Source: the human T2T-CHM13v2.0 reference genome, Homo sapiens
Direction: 5' to 3' (one strand)
Length of the DNA: 64,000 bases
Assembly (NCBI RefSeq): GCF_009914755.1
Contig: NC_060933.1
Part shown: positions 30,730 to 42,900 of the stretch, one piece after another
Position numbering within the stretch: the stretch's first letter is position 1
Layout: each line of letters starts with the position of its first letter
Translations under genes and position numbers: made by a program
The notes under the pieces: model-generated
Told to the model about the DNA's origin: nothing
The model's database searches: none
Seen by the model: only the letters and a program-made list of their open reading frames with translations

Positions 30730-33700
30730 AATGGAATGGAATGAAATGGAATGGCATGGAATGGAATGGAATCAACCCGAGTGCAATGGAATGGAATGGA
30801 ATGGAATGGAATCCACCCGAATGGAATGGAAAGGAATGGAATAAACCCGAGTGGAATGGCATGGAATGGAATGGAATGGTACGGAATAGAATGGAACGGA
30901 ACGAAACGGAATGGATTGGAATGGAATGGAAAGGAATGGAATGGAATGGAATGGAATGGAATGGAATGAAACCGTGTGCAATGGAATGGAATGGAATGGA
31001 ATGGAATGAACCCGTGTGCAATGTAATGGAATGGAATGGAATGGAATGGAATGCAATGGATACAACTCGATTGCAATGGAATGGAATAGAATGGAATGGA
31101 ATGGAATGGAATGGAATGGAATCAACCCGAGTGCAATGGAATGGAGAGGAATGGAATGGAATGGAATGGTAACTACCCGAATGGAATGGAATGTAATGAA
31201 GTGTAAGGGAATTGAATACAATCAATCCGAATGTAATGGAATGGAATGGTACGGAATGGAATGGAATGGAATGCAGTGGAATGGAATCAGACCTAGTGCA
31301 ATGGAATGGAACGGAATGGAATGGAATGGAATTAACGCGAATAGAATGGAATGGAAGGGAAAGGAACGGAATGGAATGGAATGGAATGGAATGGAATGGA
31401 ATGGAATGGAATCAACATCAGTGCAGGGGAATGGAATGGAATGGAATGGAATGGAATGCAATGGAATCAACTCGATTGCAATGGAATGGAATGGAATGGA
31501 ATGGAAGGGAATGGAATGGAATGGAATTAACCTGAACCGAATGGAATGGAATGGAATGGAACGGAATGTATTGCAATGGAATGCAATGTAATCAACCTGA
31601 GTGCAGGGGAATGGAAAGAATGGAATGCAATGGAATGGAATCATCCGGAATGGAATGGAATGGAATGGAATGGAATGCAATGGAATGGAATCAATCAACC
31701 AGAGTGCAATAGAATGCAGTGGAATGGAATGGAATGGAATGGAAACTACCCGAATGGAATGGAATGTAATGGAGTGTAAGGGAATTAAAAAGAATCAATC
31801 CGAATGTAATGGAATGGAATGGAATGGAATGGAATGGAATGGATTGGAATGAAATGGAATGGCATGGAATGGAATGGAACCAACCCGAGTGCAATGGAAT
31901 GGAATCGAATGGAATGGAATGGAGCGGAATGGAATCCACCCGAATGGAATGGAAAGGAATGGAATAAACCCGAGTGGAATGGCATGGAATGGAATGGAAT
32001 GGAATGGAATGGTACGGAATAGAATGGAACGGAACAAAATGGAATGGAATGGAATGGAATGGAAAGGAATGGAATGGAATGGAATGGAATGCAAGGGAAT
32101 GGAATGGAATGGAATCAACTCGATTGCAATGAAATGGAATGGAATGGAATGGAATGGAATGGAATTAACCCGAATAGATTGGAATGGAATGGAATGGAAT
32201 GGAATGGAATGGAATGGAATGGAACGGAACGGAATGGAATGGAACGGAATGGAATGGAATGGAAACAACCCGGGTGCAGGGGAATGCAATGGAATGGAAG
32301 GCAATGGAATGGAATCATCCGAAATTGAATGGAATGGAATGGAATGGAATGGAATGCAATGGAATGGAAACAATCAACCCGAGGGCAATAGAAAGCAGTG
32401 GAATGGAATGGAATGGAATGGAAACTACCCGAATGGAATGGAATGTAATGGAGTGTAAGGGAATTAAAAAGAATCAATCCGAATGGAATGGAATGGAATG
32501 GAATGGAATGGAATGGAATGGAATGGAATGAAATGGAATGGCATGGAATGGAATGGAATCAACCCGAGTGCAATGGAATGGAATGGAATGGAATGGAATG
32601 GAAGGGAATGGAATCCACCCGAATGGAATGGAAAGGAATGGAATAAACCCGAGTGGAATGACATGGAATGGAATGGAATGGAATGGAATGGTACGGAATA
32701 GAATGGAACGGAACGAAATGGAATGGAATGGAATGGAATGGAAGGGAATGGAATGGAATGGAATGGAATGGAATGAAACCGTGTGCAATGGAATGGAATG
32801 GAATGGAATGAACCCGTGTGCAATGGAATGGAATGGAATGGAATGGAATGGAATGCAATGGATTCAACTCGAATGCAATGGAATGGAATAGAATGGAATG
32901 GAATGGAATGGAATGGAATGGAATGGAATCAACCCGAGTGCAATGGAATGGAGAGGAATGGAATGGAATGGAATGGAAACTACCCGAATGGAATGGAATG
33001 TAATGAAGTGTAAGGGAATTGAATACAATCAATCAGAATGTAATGGAATGGAATGGAACGGAATGGAATGGAATGGAATGCAGTGGAATGGAATCAGACC
33101 TAGTGCAATGGAATGGAATGGAATGGAATGCAATCAACTCGACTGCAATGGAATGTAATGTAATGGAATGGAATGGAATTAACGCGAATAGAATGGAATG
33201 GAAGGGAAAGGAATGGAATGGAATGGAATGGAATGGAATGGAATGGAATGGAATGGAATCAACATCAGTGCAGGGGAATGGAATGGAATGGAATGGAATG
33301 GAATGCAATGGAATCAACTCGATTGCAATGGAATGGAATGGAATGGAATGGAAGGGAATGGAATGGAATGGAATTAACCTGAACCGAATGGAATGGAATG
33401 GAATGGAACGGAATGTATTGCAATGGAATGGAATATAATCAACCTGAGTGCAGGGGAATGGAAAGAATGGAATGCAATGGAATGGAATCATCCGGAATGG
33501 AATGGAATGGAATGCAATGGAATGGAATCAATCAACCAGAGTGCAATAGAATGCAGTGGAATGGAATGGAATGGAATGGAAACTACCCGAATGGAATGGA
33601 ATGTAATGGAGTGTAAGGGAATTAAAAAGAATCAATCCGAATGTAATGGAATGGAATGGAATGGAATGGAATGGAATGGATTGGAATGAAATGGAATGGC

Positions 33701-33900
33701 ATGGAATGGAATGGAACCAACCCGAGTTCAATGGAATGGAATCGAATGGAATGGAATGGAGTGGAATGGAATCCACCCGAATGGAATGGAAAGGAATGGA
33801 ATAAACACGAGTGGAATGGCATGGAATGGAATGGAATGGTACGGAATTGAATGGAACGGAACGAAATGGAATGGAATGGAATGGAATGGAATGGAACGGA
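30730..33900 (+). repeat. ~1.8 kb tandem duplication (second copy partial)
   Basis: Paired rare variants are GAGAGG (31144/32951, offset 1807) and CAACATCAGTGC (31413/33260, offset 1847). TAATGAAGTG, CCTGAACCGA, GTATTGCAAT, GGAACCAACCC and GAAACCGTGTGC are also doubled. Confidence 0.85.
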
Positions 33901-36900
33901 ATGGAATGGAATGGAATGAAAGCGTGTGAAAAGGAATGGAATTGAATGGAAAGGAATGGAATGGAATAGAACGGACTGGCTTCAACTCGAATGGAATGGA
34001 AAGGAATGGAATCAACCCGAGTGGACTGGCATGGAATGGAATGGAATGGAATGGAATGGAATGGAATGGAATGGAATCAACCCGTGTGCAATGTAATGGA
34101 ATGGAATGGAATGGAATGGAATGGAATGGAATGGAATCAACCCGTGTGCAATGTAATGGAGTGGAATGGAATGGAATGGAATGGAATGGTACGGAATATA
34201 ACGGAATGGAACGAAATTTAATGGAATGGAATGGAATGGAATGGAATGAACACGTGTGCAATGGAATGGAATCGAATGGAATGGAATGCAATGGAATGGA
34301 TTCAACTCGAATGGAATGGAAAGGAATGGAATCAAACCGAGTGGAATGGTACGGAATAGAATGGAATGGAATGAAATGGAATGGAATGGAATGGAATGGA
34401 ATGGAATGGAATGGAATGGAATGGAATGGAATCAACGCGAGTGCAGGGGAATGGAATGGAATGGAAGGCAATGGAATGGAATCATCCGGAATTGAATGGA
34501 ATGGAATGGAATGGTACGGAATAGAATGGAATGCAACGAAATGGAATGGAATGGAATGGAACGAACCCGTGTGCAATGGAATGGAATGGAATGGAATGGA
34601 ATGGAATGGAATGGAATGGGTTCAACTCGAATGGAATGGAAAGGAATGGAATCAACCCGAGTGGAATGGCATGGAATGGAATGGAATGGAATGGAATGGA
34701 ATGGAATGGAATAGAATGGAATGAAATGGAATGGCATGGAATGGAATGGAATCAACCCGAGTGCTATGTAATGGAATCAAATGGAATGGAATGGAATGGA
34801 ATGGAATGAACCCGTGTGCAATGGAATGGAATGGAACGGAATGGAATGGAATGGAATGGAAACAACCCGAATGGAATGGAATGTAATGGAGTGTAAGGGA
34901 ATTAAAAAGAATCAATCCTAATGTAATGTAATGGACTGGAACGGAATGGAATGGAATGGAATGGAATGGAATGCAATGGAATGGAATGAAATGGAATGGC
35001 ATGGAATGGAATGGAATCAACCCGAGTGCAATGGCATGGAATAGAGTGGAATGGAATAGAATGGAATGGAATGGTACGGAATAGAATGGAATGAAACGAA
35101 ATGGAATGGAATGGAATGGAAGGGGATGGAATGAACTCGTGTGCAATGTAATGGAATGGAATGGAATGGAATGGAATGGAATGGAATGGAATGGAATGGA
35201 TTCAACTTGAATGGAATGGAAAGGAATGGAATCAACCCGAGTGGAATGGCATGGAATGGAATGGAATGGAATGGAATGGAATGGAATAGAATGGCATCAA
35301 CCCGAGTGCAGGGGAATGGAATGGAATGGAACGCAATGGAATGGAATCATCCGGAATTGAATGGAATGGAATGGAATCAACTCGATTGCATTGGAATGGA
35401 ATGGAATGGAATGGAATGGAATGGAATGGAATGGAATTAACCAGAATAGAATGGAATGGAATGGAATGGAATGGAATGGAATGGAATGGAATGGAATGGA
35501 AATGAATGGAATGTAACGTAATGAACCCGAGTGCAGGGGAATGGAATGGAATGGAATGTAATGGAATGGAGTCATCCGGAATGGAACAGAATGGAATGGA
35601 AAGGAATCAACCCGTGTGCAATGGAATGGAAAGGAATGGAATGGAATGGAATGGATTCAACCCGAATGGAATGGAAAGGAATGGAATCAACCCGAGTGGA
35701 ATGGCATGGAGTGGAGTGGAATGGAATGGAATAGAATGGAATGGAATGGAATGGAATGGTACGGAATATAATGGAATGGAACGAAATGGAATGGAATGGA
35801 ATGGAATGGAATGGAATGGATTCAACCCGAATGGAATGGAAAGGAATGGAATCAACCCGAGTGGAATGGCATGGAATGGAATGGAATGGAATGGAATGGA
35901 AAGGAATGGAATGGAATGGAATGGAATCAACCCGAGTGCAGGGGAATGGAATGGAATGGAAGGCAATGGAATGGAATCATCCGGAATTGAATAGAATGGA
36001 AAAGAATGGAATGGAATGGAATCAACTCGATAGCAATGGAATGGAATGGAATGGAATGGAATGGAATGGAATGGAATGGAATTAACCCTAATAGAATGTA
36101 ATGGAATGGAATGGAATGGAATGGAAGGGAATGGAAGGGAATGGAATGGAATGGAATTAACCCGAATAGAATGGAAAGGAATGGAATGGAATGCAATGGA
36201 ATGGAATGGAATGGAATGGAATGCAATGGAATGGAATGGAATGGAATCCACTCGATTTCAATGGAATGGAATGCAATGGAATGGAATGGAATGGAATGGA
36301 ATGAAATGGAATGGAATGAAATTAACCAGAATAGAATGGAATGGAATGGAATGGAATGGAATGCAATGGAATCAACTCGATTGTAATGGGATGGAATGGA
36401 ATGCAATGGAATGGAATGGAAGGGAATGGAATGGAATGGAATTAACATGAACAGAATGGAACGGAATGGAATGGAATGGAATGGAATGGAATGGAATGGA
36501 ATGGAATGGAATGGAATGGTACGGAATAGAATGGAATGGAACGAAATGGAATGGAATGGAATGGAATGGAATGGAATGGAATCAACCCGAGTGCAATGGA
36601 ATGGAGTGGAATGGAATGGAATGGAATGGAAACAACCCGAATGGAATGGAATGTAATGGAGTGTAAGGGAATTGAATACAATCAATCCGAATGTAATGGA
36701 ATGGAATGGAACGGAATGGAATGGAATGGAATGGAATGGAATTCAGTGGAATGGAATCAAACCTAGTGCAATGGAATGGAATGTAATGGCATGGAATGGA
36801 ATGGTATGGAATAGAATGGATTCAACCCAAATGGAATGGAAAGCAATGGGATCAACCCGAGCAGAATGGCATGGAATGGAATGGAATGGAATGGAATGGA

Positions 36901-39900
36901 ATGGAATGGAATGGTATGGAATAGAATGGAATGGAACGAAATGGAATGGAATGGAACGCAGTGGAACGGAATGGAATGGAATCATTCCGACTGGAATAGA
37001 AGGGAATGTATTCGAGTGGAATGGAAAAGTATAGAATTAACCAGAGTGGAATGGAAGGGAATGGAATGGAATGGAAACTAATAAAATGTAATCAACACGA
37101 GTGGAATGGAAAGGAAAGGACTTGAATGGAATAGAATGGAATGAAATCACCTCGATTGCAATGGGATGTAATGGAATGGAATGGAATGGAATTAACGCGA
37201 ATAGAATGGAATGGAATGGAATGGAACTGAATGGAATGGAATGGAATGGAATGGAATGGAATCAACCTGAGTGCAGGGGAATGGAATGGAATGGAATGGA
37301 ATGCAATGGAATGGAATGGAATGGAATGCAATGGAATCAACTCGATTGTAATGGAATAGAATGGAATGGAATGGAATGGAACGGAATTAACCTGAACAGA
37401 ATGGAATGGAATGGAATGGAACGGAATGGAATTGAATCAACAGGAGTGCAGGGGAATGGAATGTAATGGAATGCAATGGAATGGAATCAATCAACCCGAG
37501 TGCAATAGAATGCAGTGGAATGGAATGGAATGGAATGGAAAGTACCCGAATGGAATGGAATGTAATGGAGTGTAAGGGAATTAAAAAGAATCAATCCGAA
37601 TGTAATGGAACGGAATGGAACGGAATGGAATGGAATGGAATGGAATGGAGTGGAATGCAATGAAATGGTATGGCATGGAATGGAATGGAATCAACCCGAG
37701 TGCAATGGAATGGAATGGAATGGAATGGAATGGAATGGAATGCAATGGTACGGAATAGAATGGAATGGAACGAAATGGAATGGAATGGAATGGAATGGAA
37801 TGGAACGGAATGGAATGAACCCGTGTGCAATGGAATGGAATGCAATGGAATGGAATGGAATGGAATGGAATGGAATGGAATGGGTTCAACTCGAATGGAA
37901 TGGAAAGGAATGGAATCAACCCGAGTGGAATGGCATGCAATGGAATGGAATGGAATGGTATGGAATGGAATGGAATGGAAAGCAGTGGAATGGAAAGGAA
38001 TGGAATGGAGTGGATAGGAATGGAATGGAATGGAATGGAATGGAATGGAATGGAATGGAATGGAATGGAATCAACCCGAGTGCAGGGGAATGGAATGGAA
38101 TGGAAGACAATGGAATGGAATCATCCGGAATTGAATGGAATGGAATGGAATGGAATGGAATGGAATCAACTCTATTGCAATGTAATGGAATGGAATGGAA
38201 TGGAATGGAATGGAATGGAATGGAATGGAATGGAATGGAATTAACCCTAATAGAATGGAATGGAATGGAATGGAATGGAATGAATGGAATAGAAGGGAAT
38301 GGAATGGAATGTAATGGAATGGAATTAACCCGAAAAGAATGGAATGGAATGGAATGGAACGGAATGGAATGGAAAGGAATGGAATCAACTCGATTTCAAT
38401 GGAATGGAAGGGAATTTAATGGAATGGAATGGAATGGAATGGAATGGAATGGAATGGACTGGAATGGGATGGAATGGAATGGAATGAAATTAACCCGAAT
38501 AGAATGCAATGGAATGGACTGGAATGGAATGGAATAGAATGGAATCCACCCGACTGCAGGGGAATGGAATGGAATGGAATGCAATAGAATGGAAACATAC
38601 GGAATGGAATGGAATGGAATGGAATGGAACGGAATCAACCCGATTGCAATGGCATGGAGTGGAATGGAATGGAATGGAATGGAAACAACCCGAATGGAAT
38701 GGAATGTAATGGAGTGTAAGGGAATTGAATAGAATCAATCCGAATGTAATGGAATGGAATGGAACGGAATGGAATGCAACGTAATGGAATGGAATGCAAT
38801 GGAATGGGATTAACCCGAGTGCAATGGAATGGAATCGAAAGGAATGGAATGGAACGGAATGGCTTCAACCCGAATGGAATGGAAAGGAATGGAATCAACC
38901 CGAGTGGAACGGAATGGAATGGAATGGAATGGAATGGAATGGAATGGAATGGAATGGAATGGAATGGAAAGCAGTGGAATGGAAACAAACCTAGTGCAAT
39001 GGAATGGAATGGAATGGAATGGAATGGAATGGAATGGAATGGAATGGATTGGATTCAACACAAATGGAATGGAAATCAATGGAATCAACCCGAGTGGAAT
39101 GGCATGGAATGGATTCGAAGGGAATGGAATGGAATGGACTGGAATGGAATGGAATGTTACGGAATAGAATGCAATTGAAGGAAATGGAATGGAATGGAAT
39201 GGAATAGAATGGAATGGAATGGAATCATCTCGATTGCAAAGGAATGTAACGGAATGGAATGGAATGGAATGGAATGGAATGGAATCTTCCGGAATCGAAT
39301 GGAATGGAATGGAATGGAATGAAAGGCAAAGGATTCAACTCGATTGCAATGGAATGGAATAGAATGGAATGGAATGGAATGGAATGGAATAGAATTGAAT
39401 GGAATGGAATGCCTTCAAACCGAATGGAATGGAAAGGAATGGAATCAACACGAGTGGAAAAGAATGGAATGGAAAGGAAAGGAATGGAATGGAATGGTAC
39501 GGAATAGAATGGAATGGAACGAACTGGAATGGAATGGAATGGAATAGAATGGAATGAAATGGAATCGCTCCGAGTGGAATAGGAGGGAATGTATTCGAGT
39601 GGAATGGAAAGGAATGGAATCAACCAGAGTGGAATGGAAGGGAACGGAATGGAAGGGAAACTAATAGAATGGAATCAACCCAAGTGGAATGGAATGGAAA
39701 GGACTGGAATGGAATGGAATGGAATGGAATGGAATGGAATGGAATCAACTCGATTGTAATGGAATGGAATGGAATGGAATGGAATGGAATGGAATGGAAT
39801 GGAATTAACCCGAATAAAATGGAATGGAATGGAATGGAACGGAATGGAGTGGAATGGAATGGAATCAACCCGAGTGCAGGGGAATGGAATGGAATGGAAT

Positions 39901-42900
39901 GCAATGGAATGGAATCTTCCGGAATGGAATGGAATGGAATGGAATGGAATGAAATGCAATGGATTCAACTCGATTGCAATGGAATGGAATAGAATGGAAT
40001 GGAATGGAATTGAATGGAATTAATTCGAATAGAATGGAATGCAATGGAATGGAACGGAATGGAACGGAATGGAATGGAATGGAATGGAATGGAATGGAAT
40101 GGAATGGTATGGAATGGAATGGAATGGGACGGAAGAGAATGGAATGGAACGAATTGTAATGGAATGGAATTGAAAGGAATGGAATGGAATGGAATGGAAT
40201 CAACGCGAGTACAGGGGAATGTAATGGAACGGAATGCAATGGAATGGAATCATCCGGAATGGAATGGAATGGAATGGAATGGAATGGAATCAACCCGAGT
40301 GCAATGGAATGGAGTGGAATGGAATGGAATGGAATGGAATGGAATCAACTCGATTGCAATCGAATGGAATGGAATGGAATTAACCCGAATGGAATGGAAT
40401 GGAATGGAATGGAACGGAACGGAATGGAATGGAATGGAATGGAATGGAACGGAAAGGAAGGGAATGGAATGGAATAGAATGGAATGGAATGGAATCAACG
40501 CGAGTGCAGGGGAATGGAATGGAATGGAATGCAATGGAATGGAATCTTCCGGAATGGAATGGAATGGAATGGAATGGAATGGAATGGAATCAACCCGAGT
40601 GCATTGGAATGGAGTGGAATGGAATGGAATGGAATGGCACAACCCGAATGGAATGGAATGTAATGGAGAGTAAGGGAGTTGAATAGAATCAATCCGAATG
40701 TAATGGAATGGAATGGAACGGAATGGAATTGAATGGAATGGAATGGAATGCAATGGAATGGAATCAACCCGAGTGCAATGGAATGGAGAGGAATGGAATG
40801 GAATGGAATGGAAACTACCCGAATGGAATGGAATGTAATGGAGTGTAAGGGAATTGAATAGAATCAATCCGAATGTAATGGAATGGAATGGAACGGAATG
40901 GAATGGAATGGAATGGAATTGAATGGAATGCAATGCAATGGAATGGAATCAACCCGAGTGCAATCGAATGGAATCGAAAGGAATGGAATGCAATGGAATG
41001 GATTCAACATGAATGGAATGGAAAGAATGGAATCAACACGAGTGGAATGGCATGGATTGGAATGGAATGGAATGGAATCAACCCGAGTACAGGGGAATGG
41101 AATGGAATGGAATGCAATGGAATGGAATCATCCGTAATGGAATGGAAAGGAATGGAATGGAATGGAATGAAATGGAATGGAATGGAATGGAATGGAATGG
41201 AATCAACTCGATTGCAATCGATTGGAATGGAATGGAATTAACCCGAATAGAATGGAATGGAATGGAATGGAACGGAACGGAATGGAATGGAATGGAATGG
41301 AACGGAACGGAACGGAATGGATGGAATGGAATGGAATGGAATGGAATGGAATCAACGCGAGTGCAGGGGAATGGAATGGAATGGAATGCAATGGAATGGA
41401 ATCTTCCGGAATGGAATGGAATGGAATGGAATGGAATGAAATGCAATTGATTCAACTCGATTGCAATGGAATGGAATAGAATGGAATGGAATGGAATGGA
41501 ATGGAATGGAATGGAATTAACCCGAATAGAATGGAATGGAATGGAATGGAACGGAACGGAACGGAATGGAATGGAATGGAATGGAATGGAATGGAATGGT
41601 ATGGAATGGAACGGAATGGTACGGAATAGAATGCAATGGAACGAATTGTAATAGAATGGAATTGAATGGAATGGAATGGAATGGAATGGAATCAACGCGA
41701 GTGCAGGGGAATGTAATGGAACGGAATGCAATGGAATGGAATCATCCGGAATGGAATGGAATGGAATGGAATGGAATGGAATGGAATGGAATGGAATCAA
41801 CCCGAGTGCAATGGAATGGAGTGGAATGGAATGGAATGGAATGGAACAACCCAAATGGAATGGAATGTAATGGAGAGTAAGGGAGTTGAATAGAATCAAT
41901 CCGAATGTAATGGAATGGAATGCAACGGAATGGAATGGAATGGAATGGAATGGAATGGAATGCAATGGAATGGAATCAACCCGAGTACAATGGAATGGAA
42001 TGGAATGGAATGGAATGGAATGATACGGAATAGAATGGAATGGAACGAAATGGAATGGAATGGAATGGAATGGAATCGTTCCGAGTGGAATAGGTGGGAA
42101 CGTATTCGAGTGGAATGGAAAGGAATGGAATCAACCAGAGTGGAATGGAAGGGAATGGAATGGAATGGAAACTAATAGAATGGAATCAACCCGAGTGGAA
42201 TGGAATGGAAAAGACTGGAATGGAAAGGAATGGAATAGAATGGAATGGAATGGAATGGAATGGAATCAACGCGAGTGCAGGGGAATGGAATGGAATCGAA
42301 TGGAATGGAATGGAATGGAATGGAATCAACCCGAGTGCAGGGGAATGTAATGGAACGGAATGCAATGGAATGGAATCATCCGGAATGGAATGGAATGGAA
42401 TGGAATGGAATCAACCCGAGAGCAATGGAATGGAGTGGAATGGAATGGAATTGAATGGAACAACCCGAATGGAATGGAATGTAATGGAGTGTAAGGGAGT
42501 TGAAAAGAATCAATCCGAATGTAATGGAATGGAATGGAACGGAATGGAATGGAATGGAATGGAATGCAATGGAATGGAATCAACCCGAGTACAATGGAAT
42601 GGAATGGAATGGAATGGAATGGAATGGAATGGAATGGAATGGAATGGAATGGAATGGAATGCAATGGAATGGAATCTTCCGGAATGGAATGGAATGGAAT
42701 GCAATGGATTCATCTCGATTGCAATGGAATGGAATAGAATGGAATGGAATGGAATGGAATGGAATTAAACCGAATAGAATGGAATGGAATGGAATGGAAC
42801 GGAACGGAACGGAACGGAACGGAACGGAACGGAGTGGAATGGAATGGAATGGAATTGTATGGAATGGAATGGAATGGTACGGAATAGAATGGAATGGAAA

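Larger units (their letters stand above)
5501..39200 (+). repeat. Variant domain B
   Basis: Diagnostic modules are GGAATTAAAAAGAATC (TTAAAAAG at 8348 to 37581), GAATACAATCAATCC, CAACCTGAGTG (7958 to 37263), AACCTGAACAG, AACGCGAATAG, AACCCGTGTGC, CCTAGTGC, CAATCAACCCGAGTGCAATAG and AGAAGGGAATGTATTC. I saw no ATCTTCCGG or GAGAGTAAGG in this stretch. Boundaries are approximate. Confidence 0.72.
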
